This document shows positions 38,975 to 60,940 of a stretch of 64,000 nt of DNA, piece by piece. Made by a program: the position numbers and the translations under genes. Every line of letters begins with the position of its first letter. Position 1 is the first letter of the stretch. The DNA comes from Amoebidium appalachense (lineage: Eukaryota; Protista; Ichthyosporea), in NCBI GenBank assembly GCA_963693365.1, contig CAVNZM010000002.1, forward strand, positions 13,177,615 to 13,241,614. Reading direction: 5' to 3'. The notes under the pieces were generated by a model. It did not search any database, was not told where the DNA came from, and saw nothing but the letters and a program-made list of their open reading frames with translations.

Positions 38975-40660
38975 GAGTCGGAGGCACGGGCACAAGCGGA
39001 GGCACACGCACAAGCGGAGACACAAGCACAAGCGGAGGCACGGGCACAGACGCAGGCACAGACGCAGGCACAGGCACAAACGGAGGCAGAGGTACGTGAA
39101 GAAGGAGAGGTTGGGGTTGTAAAGGAGGAGCAGGCGGAGCCGTTGCCGGGGGAGGACGGACAGCAGACGGAGGAGCCGCATGTGACTGGAATGGACGTGC
39201 AGGGTAGGTGCATTTGTGGGTGGCCCCCTCCCCCCCCCCCCCCCCCCCTTCCCTCTGGGGGAAGGGGGGGGGGGGGGGGGTTGGCTCTTTTCTTTTTATA
39301 ATGAAGAAGGTAGGTGAAACCCTTTTGTTTTGTTTTGTTTTTGCTTCTGGTATTGTATAGGAGATGAAGTGTTCAGTAGTGGCATGAGGTTGAACGGTGT
39401 ACCGGGTGTTTTCCTCTGCTGGGATCTAGGAACCCCACGTGCACCTGTATTTCGTCGACCGAATATTAAAGTTATCGGGATTTTGTATGCCTCCTTCTTT
39501 TTTCGTCCTTTTTTCTTTCTCTTTTCTTCCTGCCTCTTTTTATCGTTTTGCTTGGGTTTGTTTTTTTGCAAGTGTTTGTTTGCCATTGTTTCCTGTTTCC
39601 CGCCCGTGGGGTATACTTAAACATTATGCACATGCTTATGTCGTTCCTTTTTCCTTTCTTTTCTTTTTATTGTTTTGTTGTTGTTTTGGCTTTTTTGCAA
39701 GTGTTTGTTTTCCCCCTGTTCTCCTGCGCATTGATGTAGAAATATACAGTATGCACATTCTCATATTACATTTGTGTCGTGGTGCAGGGACAGACAGGCA
39801 GGTGACGCTGACGCAGTCAGATGAAGGGGTGGCACCCAGCCCCATGGTGGGGCAGCAGGAAAAGGAGGGTGAGAGAAAACGCCCACAGTCACAGGAGGAG
39901 AGCAGGTGGGTGGCAGACTTGCACATGTGTGCTTCCCTCCCCTAACTTGCTCACCATCTGGGTTCGATGATGTGATAATGCACCCATACAAGGATTTTGT
40001 TGTGTGTGTGTAAGTGTTCAAACCAAAAGCAAAGGATACGAAATACTTGCGGGCGGGCACGCATTCTTCGACTCGCACACTCTTTCTTTCATGCACTTAT
40101 ACTTGCGCATCTCATGTTCCTGCACCGTTTCACTCCAAATTCTCTCCCTTTGCTTGTGATGCATACTCTTAATGTCTACTTGGCAATCTGCATGATGTTT
40201 TCCGTCATAAGTGCCTACATCGTACTCTGTACCCCCCCCCCCCCCCCCTAAACTCAGACGCAATTGATGACTTGGGCCCTCCCTGAGGGTGGGCTCTGCT
40301 TATGACGCATACTGTGCGCATGGCTGATGCTGCATACTTGAATGTTTGCCTTTGCATGTGTCCTGCACCATGCTTCTCATCGTGTATGCGTACTTCGTAC
40401 TGTGTTCCGCATTCAAAACCCCCCCCCCTCCCCCCTCCCCCCCCCCCTCCTCCCCCCGTGGGCCCGCCCGTCTTCCCATTCGGACAGTATGTGTGGGTTG
40501 CTGACTTGGCCTTCCCCAGCCCACGGCCCGTCAAACGGGTGGCCCCAGACACCCAGGCGGCAGAGGAAGGGGTGGAGGGCAGGCCGGAGGTACTGGATGA
40601 CAAGAGTCGGGCCAGAAAATACAAGCTGAAGTATCTGCGCCTGAAAGACACGGTGGGTAA

Positions 40661-40750
<90 letters not shown>

Positions 40751-40849
40751 ATGGGTGGGTGGATGGGTGGATGGGTGTGGGGGGTGGGGAGGGGGGGGGG
40801 AGGGGGAGGCAGTGAGTGTGTGGGTGGGTGGGTGGGTGTGTGGGTGTGT

Positions 40850-40885
<36 letters not shown>

Positions 40886-40903
40886 TGGTGGTGGTGGTGG
40901 TGG

Positions 40904-40950
<47 letters not shown>

Positions 40951-40975
40951 TTTTTGTTTTTGTTTGTTTTTTTTG

Positions 40976-41006
<31 letters not shown>

Positions 41007-41243
41007 AGGGGGGAGGGGGGTTGTGTGTGTGTTGGGGGGGTGAGGTGGGATTTTGGGTTGAGGTGGGGGTGTGTTCATGTTGTTTGTGTTTGTGCGCGCG
41101 CGTGTGCGCACGCGCACGTGTGCTTATGTATGCTTACGCTGGTATTTTCCTTTTCCTTTTTTCTGTTTTTTCTTGTTTTCTCTTTCGTATTTTCTACATA
41201 TTAGAAAGATTCGGAGGCTGTGTGTGCTTGCGAAAAATGTGTG

Positions 41244-41290
<47 letters not shown>

Positions 41291-41721
41291 CTGTGTGGCT
41301 TATGTTGGTTCTAAGCATGTTTTGAGGGTCGAGAGCCCCTGCTACAAGTGCCAATACTGCATGCATCATGTGCATTATTGAAAATATATTATAACCAAGT
41401 TTTCCCGGTTTCTTTTTATTTTCTTTTTCTTTCTTTTTTTTTGGAGGGGGGGGGGGGGGGGGGGGGGGGGAGTAGAGAGAAAGAGAGAGAGCGGAGGGGA
41501 GAGAGAAAGAGACACACTAGGATAGTTTATCCAGTTAATTGCTCTAGTCAACGAATGCGAGTGAATGCAAGTGTTCTAGGTTGGGACGGTCGTGTGTTTT
41601 TTTATACCATTCTGACACTGACGGTGTGTGTGCGGGGTGGCAGGTGGACAAGATGGAGCAACAGATCCACAAGTATCAGTGCATGCTCGCAGAACGTGGT
41701 ATCGAGGATCCATTTGCCTAA
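30653..41721 (+). CDS. MORC: MORC family GHKL ATPase + S5 domain, no zf-CW, C-terminal coiled coil (~700 aa)
   Basis: Exons 30653-30769 (tentative), 31367-31529, 32279-32407, 33063-33202, 34263-34353, 35129-35271, 36106-36183, 36899-37006, 37395-37482, 38035-38189, 38642-39203, 39788-39905, 40520-40652, 41644-41721; all phases compatible. Motifs: [93 protein letters not shown]. Confidence 0.93.
34640..34755 (+). mobile_element. Poly(C)-associated repeat, subfamily B, short 5'-truncated copy
   Basis: C-run followed by GAGGATGGGCTCTGCTTATTATGCATACTC...GCATTCAAA and poly-C, in a MORC intron. Confidence 0.8.
38910..39090 (+). repeat. Coding (CAGGCA)n repeat encoding poly(AQ) in MORC
   Basis: In-frame hexamer run inside exon 38642-39203 giving AQAQAQ..., then degenerate AQAEA/TQAQ units. 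Confidence 0.85.
40250..40418 (+). mobile_element. Poly(C)-associated repeat, subfamily A, 5'-truncated copy
   Basis: Near-identical to 10545-10712 with poly-C on both sides; decayed copy immediately upstream (~40160-40230). Confidence 0.8.
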
Positions 41722-42689
41722 GAATATGATGTGTTGGTGGGCTTTCTGAGACGTGTGTGCTCACGGATAGATTCCCCCTCTGGTAGATGATACGTGATTT
41801 CTAAACGCGAAGATATGTAAGAGCTTTTTTGGTTAATGATATGGATTTCTTAATATGATTGGATTGGCGATTAGTGGAGGATCATTGTCGCGGTCGCAGT
41901 TGGAAGAGCAAGACACACAGGCATTTTCTGTTTGATGTGGACAACCCTTCCATCTATTTGGCATGAATGACTTTTTCGAATTCTTCATTACTGAACCGAA
42001 ATGCCTTGCCTGTGGCTGCTGTCGCACGTACGTAGGGTTTGGTCTTGGCAAGCTTGCCCTTGAAAATAGGCTGGTTAGTTTGCGGCAATTTTTGATGAGT
42101 TGCTTTGTCGCTCTCCTTTGTTTTTTTTTGTTGGTTTGTTGATACTTTCCCCGTCTCTACTCCAAGGAAGAAGCTTTGTTCACTGAGCTGGCACTGGTGC
42201 AGCGGAATAAACTCTTTTACTTCATGTCCTATAAATATGCATGTATACGACTGATCTTCAGGCTGTAGGTATATACACGGGCGTGGGACCCGTGGGTGTG
42301 TGCCTGTGTGTGTGCGGCGCGTGTGCACGCCTCACATGTACGGTAAACCAGTCACTTGGGTGTATTTGTGTGTTAACGGGTGTGTGTGTGTCACGTGGGG
42401 GAGGGGAGCAAAGGGGGGGGGGGGGGGGGGGGGGGGGGGGATAATCATGTCAATATATTGCGCTTATTGCATGAGCATTGCCGCGAATTTTGAGAAGGTA
42501 TCGAGCTGGGGCGCCCGGCTGTCGAGCTTCTTGATCACGTGCTGGGGGGGATGTGCGAAGGAGGCAGAGGGGGACACGTGGCATCATGTATTAATATATG
42601 CTAAATAGCGGTAGCGGTTGTAGCAGTGCTGCATCGATTATTCGGTGGTGGTGCGCAATTGCTTTTGCCACCAAATCTTATACTGTATG

Positions 42690-42723
<34 letters not shown>

Positions 42724-43108
42724 ATGATATTAGACTAGTTATTATCATGCATGCGAGTCTTTGCGCGTACGTGCCTGCGCCATGCATGATACCCGCCGCA
42801 GCCGGCGCGCACTACATCTGTATGTGCGCGTGCGTGTGTGCGTGCGTGCGTGCATACGTGCGTGTGACGGTGCGTGTGCGTGATGCGTGTACACGTGTGC
42901 GTGTGAGTGCGTGCGTGTGAGGCGTGATGTGTACACGCGTGTGTGCGTGTGTGTGTGTGTGTTTGGTGTGTGTGTGTGTGTGTGTGTGGCCACATGCATA
43001 TTTTCCTTTTCTTTTTTTTCTCCGGGGGGGGTGGGGGGGGCAGCTGATGGGTGGGGGGGGGGGGGGGGGGGGGAGGGGGGGGGGGGGGGGGAGGGGCGGG
43101 GGGGGGGA

Positions 43109-43160
43109 TTTCGCGCGCAATTGGGTGAACAGCCAATAGAAACGCATTCTGCTACGTCAC
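43109..43160 (+). promoter_or_regulatory. E2F-like site, CCAAT box and half-CRE upstream of p47
   Basis: TTTCGCGCG (43109), CCAAT (43133) and TACGTCA (43153), about 200-240 bp before the ATG at 43350. Confidence 0.3.
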
Positions 43161-43349
43161 CGCTTGATATGTTGATTACGCGTAGGCTCACAAAAACAAC
43201 CTTCGTCTTTTTTTTTTCTGCCCCCGCAGGCGTGAAAACGGCACTGTGAAGGATTGACTCTTTCGAGATTTTTACCTGGTTGGTGTGGCTTATCGTTTGT
43301 GATAGCGTCGAGATACCCGCCTTAGACTTTTTCTCTTTCTACCGCCAAG

Positions 43350-52228
<8,879 letters not shown>

Positions 52229-52311
52229 GGGTACGTAAATTGTCTTTCTGTTTTTTTTTTTGTTTTTTTTTGTTCTTTTTTTCTTTTTGTGTTTTTTTTG
52301 TGTGTGTGTGT

Positions 52312-52352
<41 letters not shown>

Positions 52353-52438
52353 CTTCCTTTTTTGGGCCTGGCTTGTGGGGTGCTTACATGCCTGCTTGCT
52401 TGGGTTATTTTGTGTTGGAAAGGAATATGGTGGGATTT

Positions 52439-52477
<39 letters not shown>

Positions 52478-52869
52478 AAGCTGGTGGGTTTAGAGGTTTG
52501 AGGCAGCAATGTGGCTAATTGACATGTTGCAGGGACATCAAGTATAGAGAGGGCACACTCAGGCGTCAGGCAGAGGGCTGGCAGCCGGCTTGCCAAATGT
52601 GGCCATTACATGTATGTATATATTATGGCCAGGATTGGCTAGGGCCACCCAATCAGGATTTACCTCTTTGTCGTTTGCTGCTGTTGCATGATATGGAGCC
52701 AATGAATGAGCATCCAATAAAGTATGAGAAATTGCCCCATTGGTACTGTGTGCAATGCCGCGCCATGACCAACCCCCCGGTGCGCAAGGAAACGACAGTC
52801 ACAATGCGTGGAGTGGAGGTGTGTATGTGCCTGTCTGTCTGTGGTTGGGTGGGTGGGTGGGTGCGCGGC

Positions 52870-52906
<37 letters not shown>

Positions 52907-53024
52907 AGCCACGAAGCAGTGGTAGTATTGGTTGGTGTGAGAGGGGGAAGACGCTGGTGTACAGGTTGACCTTCTAATTGGCAATGCCCTTATGCCTTGC
53001 CATGTACACGGTACAAGTACACGT

Positions 53025-53055
<31 letters not shown>

Positions 53056-54410
53056 CACACAGTCAGGCAGACACACGTGCGAATGTGCGCGGACACACAC
53101 ACACACACACACACATGCACACAGTTGCACTGGTTTGCGTTTGTTGTACATAGGAGTGTGCTAAGGATGGAAGGTCAAGAGTGGATGGCCCGGAACCATG
53201 GGTCGGGATTCAGGGCCAAAAAAAAAAAGAAAAAAAAACTTTCGAAACTTTCGTACAACACGGCCATGCATGTCATATGAACATCCGGCACTTTTGACCT
53301 TCCTGCACACGTACTGTAACAACACACCCAGGTTGCACACTAACACAAGCTAGCGCACATGTCACACACACGATCATCATACACACAAGTGGCACAATCC
53401 TCGTGCCGTGATTATGATTAATCACCTGGGTCGTATTAGTGCTGTAACTGGTCGTAGTTTGATACATCTGTTTTTCTCGAGCTCCGAGCGGCAAGCAGGA
53501 ATCTTTTCTCGAAGAGCTAGCTCTAGAAGCTTCCACCTGTGCTGCTCCAATTTCTTTTTTTATACGGCCCTCTGTAGCTTTCTACACGGCCTGCTTCCCG
53601 GACCCTGGGCCACTGCATGCTTTCTCGCGATCGAGCTCGAGATACGACACCGATCTCATAGAAATGCCCCCACGTCCTTCTGTTTCCTGCCGTCTGCTAG
53701 GAGCAGTGCGAGCGTTTGTGAAAATGACGCTGTACGGGCTGTAGTTTCAGGCTAGTCCGCGCGCGGGGGAAATGGCGCGAAAAGCCACATCCAGTTTTTT
53801 TACAAAACTTTTTGTCCCACAATCAAACGCCGACCGCCATTGAGTCACTATCTCCCATGCATGCTCATTTCTGATTGGACCACATGTCACCGCGCGGCGC
53901 ATCATCTGATTGCGCAAACTGTGCGTTGGCACGTGGACAGATTGAGGGCTCCATTTCGCTTCACTGCGGGTTAGAGGGCAGAAATGCACTCCCTGCGGCG
54001 TGGCGGAGCGGCTGCCTCCCACCATATTTCAGCTCACTCTCGCTACCCAACGGGGCATGGCGGGTTGGGAAAAACCATGGTGAGCACATCTACCATCAAC
54101 ATGTATGCAGAACTCACGCTCCCCTCTCCCCCCCAAAATTGCATGATCAAAATGGTTAGAAGAGTGTCTCGTGGCGTGACAGTCAGTTTTGTTTGCCGGC
54201 GCCTGTTCTCGAATTTTGCATACAAATGCTCGTTTCCACCTGAGTGGCTCAACAGGATAAAAATGTTCAAGACCAAAAAATGTTGGGAAGTTCCGGCTCC
54301 CTGTGATTGTGTGCAAACCACCACTAAGTGGATACGCTTGTCTAACAGTTGTGTTTTTTTGTTTTTTCTTGAAGTTAACTTTTGTGTGAGTGTTTTTTTT
54401 TTTTTTTTTT

Positions 54411-54441
<31 letters not shown>

Positions 54442-54795
54442 GGAAGGGTTTGGATTTGTGTTTAAAGATGATTTAAATGGGGTTTACATGATACATAATT
54501 TGAGTAATTTGGTAGTGCAAACTTTAATCTAATATTAGGTCTTTCATTCACAGGTGTGGGTTATGCATACAAGTAAGTACTCATCGGACAGGAGTACAAA
54601 ATCATAGACCTGACGACTATTCTTCTCAATCCGACTGCACGGCACATTCTAGCACCTGCAGAAAAAACAGGTGCTGATCACCGTTGTGGTGGTGCAACGG
54701 TTTATGATGATGAAATTCACGCTGCTGCCATGTTCCTGCTCGTTTTGGTCTGCCATGTTGTGGATTTGAGGGGGTGGGCCCGGTGGGGTGTGTGT

Positions 54796-54857
<62 letters not shown>

Positions 54858-54973
54858 GGGGGCTGGAACCCCTAAAAAAAGTCAGGTAGTTTACCGAATT
54901 ATTATCAGTATTGTTATTTACATCGTTATTATTGTCAGTTTCTTTTCTTTCTTTTCTCTTTTTCTTTTTTCTT

Positions 54974-55046
<73 letters not shown>

Positions 55047-55783
55047 GAGTTGCTAAATAGGTGGCTATGTAGCAAACGTGTTTCTCTGGCACACGTAATC
55101 GATGAGTAAAGCCCGGTAAGCAGCAGACTCCAAACTGGAACATCGAATCGTTGCTTAGCAGATCCCCCTTTTTTGAAATTCGGCTAAAGCTGGTGGGTAT
55201 AGGATCACGATGCACCTAGCGGTTGGCTACATATCAATTGAAATTGAATGCCGATACGCAAGAGCCAATAAAGCGCATTGTATTTGATACGTAATTCCAG
55301 GGGTAATCATTGGGTCGCAGTTTGTCGCAGTTTTTTCGTCATCTGTCGCATAACTTTGCTGACGTCATTGGTTCCATGCGGCGAACGATCTTAAGACGGG
55401 GGGGGGAGGGGGGGGGGAAGAAGAATTCAGAAGTGTGATAGTAGTGATTAAGGGAATTTGGAGATAAGCATGCAAAGTATTGAATGGTGTGCAGCCCACA
55501 AGGGGGGGGGGGGGGGGGGGTTTGGCAGAAGTGGAACTAGGGATGGACGGTATATAGTAGTAGAAGGGGAGCTTGTAGAAGGATGAATGGTGTGAAAGGG
55601 GGGGGGGGGGGGGGGGGGGGGGGGGGAGAGAGAGAGAGAGAGATAGAAAACTGCAGAAATGAGAGAAGCATTTCAACAAAATCCACCAATCACAACTAGT
55701 ACCCAAACGAGCTTCCCCCCCCCCCCCCAAAAAAATAAAGTCTTGCTTACAAACCCGACCTCTCCTCCCCTCCCCTCCCTTCC

Positions 55784-56411
<628 letters not shown>

Positions 56412-56616
56412 CGTGTGTGTGTGTGTGTGTGCTTGATGCAACCCACCAAAATGTTCATGTCGCAAGTGTCCTGCGGCAACTACCATAACTGAAATTGCTG
56501 CCGGACAATCAACTGCCATGTGTGTGTGAACACGATGAACCGATACGGCAAGGGCGCGTGTGTAGGAGATTTAAGGAGTTGTATTTGGGGAGGGAGGGAG
56601 GGAGGAAGGGGAAGAG

Positions 56617-56647
<31 letters not shown>

Positions 56648-56930
56648 AGGCAGTGTACATGTGTGGTGTATGTTTACGTACATGTGGGGCATTGTTGTGT
56701 GTTTGTTGTGCTGCTCGAGTGTGTGTACGTGTATGCACATGCCCACCACACATGCATGTGTTCGCCAGCCCCCCCACCCCCCCCCTCCCCACACCCACCC
56801 ACCCACCCACCAACCAAGTTGAAAGTGAACAAATTAATTCAGATAAGGAATCCGAGAAAGGGGGGGAGAAGGAGAGGGGGAGAGTGGGGAAGGGGCGGGG
56901 AGAAAGAGAGAGTGAGCGTGCGCACACGCT

Positions 56931-57074
<144 letters not shown>

Positions 57075-57090
57075 GGGGGGGGGGGGGGGG

Positions 57091-57122
<32 letters not shown>

Positions 57123-57887
57123 GGGAGAGAGGGAGAGAGAGGGAGAGAGAGGGAGAGGGAGAGAGAGAGAGAGATTACTCACTGGATTTGTGCAGCCCCG
57201 GAGTCACTTGAACTAAACAGGGCCCCGGGCCCAGGTTTCTTTCTCTTTATTATTCGAAATGTTAGTTTACACCTGCGCCCTTTCACACGCAGTTCTCACG
57301 TTTTGGCGCCGTCGCATTGCAAGCTTCAAACAACCTTAAATATGGCTTCTTCGATAGACCCCCCCCCCCCCCCCCCCCCCCCCACCCACCCACCCACCAA
57401 CAGGCGTCCAATCTTATTACGAGTACAGGTTGAATCGGTATGCAGTACCTATGGGCAAAAATTTCTACAAAACATATCCCTAAATTTGAGCACAAAAGAG
57501 AATATTTAGAATCGCAATTTCTGTACAAGGCACGTGTGTTCTTTCTAGATTGCGGGCAGCTCACTTGTATACACACGGCTGACATATCACTTCAAGAGCA
57601 GGGTTCGCCCTGTTTTTTGTCTTTCGAGAATGTACGCCTAAGGCGCTTACGAAGCAGCCGATAAACAACGAAAATACAGGGATCGTGTGGTGTTGCTTGG
57701 TAGTCAGTACATGGTGTGTTTAAAACCACTAAATTTTAGACAGGCCGTGTCAGCCAATCAAACGCGACTTTCAGGTGTGTTGTTGCGTAGCCAATCAGCA
57801 ACCGCAATGCCTCAGCACCGCGGGTTCTTGCGTTCCTTTGTTGGTGCCGGAGCCAATGAAATGGCCGGATTTCCAGTCCGCAGCCAA

Positions 57888-58140
57888 TCAGAACTTGGGG
57901 ATCTTGGCGTGGGCCATTGGGTTGTGCTGCACCTTGAGCTTGGTGATCTCCTGATTGCGGTACTGTGGAGGAGGGAGGAGGGGTGGGAGGGTGAGGGGGG
58001 AAAGACGGTTAGTTGGTTGAATAGCTATTTAGCACTTTGGACATGTGTGAGTATAAAAAGGATGAAAAAGGACACGGCACTCGGCAGAGTGAAATTAGAA
58101 ATCAGGCATGAACTGTGGCCGAAGCGAGTCGGTTTGGGGT

Positions 58141-58176
<36 letters not shown>

Positions 58177-58342
58177 CGCAAATGGGGGGAGCAGTCAAAT
58201 CCATTGGCGTGTTTGGGCGTGAGGAAGGATTGGGGGCGAGAAATATTGTATTCTGGGAGAATGTAGAGAGCAAAGGGAGGAATATGTAAGGATAGGTAAG
58301 GAGAGGTTGTAAGGGTGGGCGGGACTTGTGTGTGTGTGTGTG

Positions 58343-58376
<34 letters not shown>

Positions 58377-58672
58377 ACACGGAAAGGGGGGGAGGGGGGA
58401 GATACCTGAGTGACAGCATAGAAACAGGTCTCAGGAAATTCGTAGCGGAATGCGGTGCTTGCAGGCTCCATGTCTGGGCCCTTGGACGTGTTGCCGCACT
58501 CAGCAATGTAGATGATTGGCTGGTAGCGGAAGAACGTGGTCAGGAGCACGTGTCTGCGCGGATTTGATTGGTTGTGGCGGTTGGGCTGCACCAGGCGCCT
58601 GTTGTTGGTCAGCTTGATCTTGTCGAAGGAGATGGGCTGAGCCATCCAGTAGCTCCCTGTGTTTTTTTTTTG

Positions 58673-58703
<31 letters not shown>

Positions 58704-59399
58704 GGGGAGGGGGGAGGGGGGGGGGGGGGGGGGGGAGGGATGGGCGGAAGCGCGCCGGGGGGGTGGGGGGTGGGGGGGGGGATGAACAAAGGTCAGACTA
58801 TTTATGCTCTGCTATATCGAAATTGTAACCGCAAAGACTGTTGAAGTAGGGGGTGGGGTGGGGTGGTGGCTTGGGTGTGGGGGGGGGGGGGGAGGCGAGG
58901 GGGAACAGGCAGCAATCCACCTGGTCATCCATACTTTTTTTAGAATGGCATGCATGTCTTCCAATTCTGTGTCTCACTTTGCGCATGCGGGCAAGCTTTT
59001 GGGGAGGGGGTAGGGTGAGGTGTGCACATAATGGGCGGCTGCCAGGTGGGTGGGTGGGTGGGTGGGTGTGGTTCTGGGGGGGGGAGGGGGTTGGGGAGGG
59101 AGAGGGCACATACCCATTGTGGGGGATTCTTGGTGCACAAAGGTGGCCATGTGGCCACTGTCATCGGTGCACTCGCTTGGGGTCGGGTCGGCCTCCCACT
59201 CACGGGTGGATGAATTCCACTTGAACGGCTGCACAGGGGAAGGGGGGGGGAGGAGGAGGAGGGGGGGGGGGGGGGGGGGGGGTATGGATATTAGCCAAGG
59301 TAATCACCGGGTGATGGTATGCTAAATCAGGGGTCTCCAATTTCTTGAGCGAATGGGAGGCAGGGGGGAAGGAGGGGCGGAGGGGTGGGGGGGTGGGAA

Positions 59400-59445
<46 letters not shown>

Positions 59446-60841
59446 CTGGGGGAAACGAAGGTAAGGGGAATGGAGCACGAAAATGATGGCTTGAGAGGGA
59501 GCAGACAATAGGGGTACTCTAGGTATTAGGGTAAAGTTGGAGGGGGTTGGTGGGGGGCAGGGGGGGGGGGGGAGGGGGGAGGGAGTAGTTATGGGGAAGG
59601 AGGGAAGGGGGTGCGAGGGAGCGGGGTTGTGTGTGTGTGTGTGTGTGTGGTGGTGGTGGTGGGGAGGGGAGGGGGGGGGAGGGAGGGGCGGACTCACTGT
59701 GTCTGCTGTCTTCTTGAGCACCACCCACACAGCATAGAGCCTTTGGGGGTCGAGATCGGACACAGCCAATCGCAGGACAGGAAACATGCTGCGACCACGT
59801 GCACTGATGATCATCTCGTTGCCATGGCGATGGAAATCCTCCCACAGGCCCCCATTGAGGAGCATGGCACGGGGGAGAGTATCAGTGCCCGTGTGGGCTG
59901 ATTCCTGGAAAGGTGCGGTTGAAAAGGGTTAGTGAAGGGTGGCTTGTTTTTTATGCCTTGAGAAATGCAGAGAGGATGGCACATTATACTCGTAGATTTT
60001 GAACACTATGATACCTTTGAACTGGTGTCACACATGAAAATGGGATACAAGCATTGAAAGATCGACTTATGTGGCTCGACTACTTAATCGGGAGAGGCAG
60101 GGGAAAATGGAAGGGGTGTCGGAGCTTATGCAGTTTTCTAATTCGGAGGGGAAAGGGGCTGGGGGGGTGGGGGGGGGGGGGGGGGGGAGGGGAGGGGGGA
60201 TGGGGAACATGCTATGGATCGTTCTATAATGGATATTTCTTTCGGTAGGAGGGAGGAGGGGTTGGGTGGGGTGGGGGCGGAGGGGGGAGAGAAGGCAGGA
60301 AGATGGGGTGGGGGGAAGGGCAAGATGATGGGGGGTAGTTGGAGGAGGAGGAGGGGAGGGGGGGGGGGGGGGGGGGGGGAAGGGGGGGGGGGGGGGGGGG
60401 GGGCACAAAAGCAAAGAAGGAATGGGTGGGTGGGTGGGTTGGGAAGGAACTAAAAAGGGGGGATAACGGATTTCTTTTCTCTTCCCTTCTTTTCCTTTCT
60501 TTTCTTTCTTTTTTTTTTTCTTTTTTTTTTTTGTGTGTGTGTGTTGTGGTGGGGGGGGAGGGGGGGGGGGGGGGAAGGGGGGGGGGCTGATACTTTTTTT
60601 GCAACCGCATTGTTGGTCTCGCTGGGCTCAGGCTGTGAGGGTGTGGCTGGAGGGGTGGGCCGTTGCTTCTTTGTGCGGTGCAAAACCATATGTCCATCGT
60701 CCACTTTCCTCTTGCTGGTTTCCGCGCGGTTAACTGGTTCGGTGGTGGCTGTGGGTTTATGTTGGTTGGAGAAAGACATCGTGTCTGTTTTGTGGTTGTC
60801 CAAGGTGGAAATGAAGTCGGCAACGGAGAACTTGCTGCTTG

Positions 60842-60940
<99 letters not shown>

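Noticed and set aside
40610-40650. [10 protein letters not shown] resembling a giant-virus YxxKYxKYK motif
   Set aside because: Sits in frame in the MORC terminal coiled coil; too short to imply viral origin.
52519-52977. ORF with a WYCVQC motif
   Set aside because: Lies in the probable p47 3' UTR with a single CxxC and no recognisable domain.
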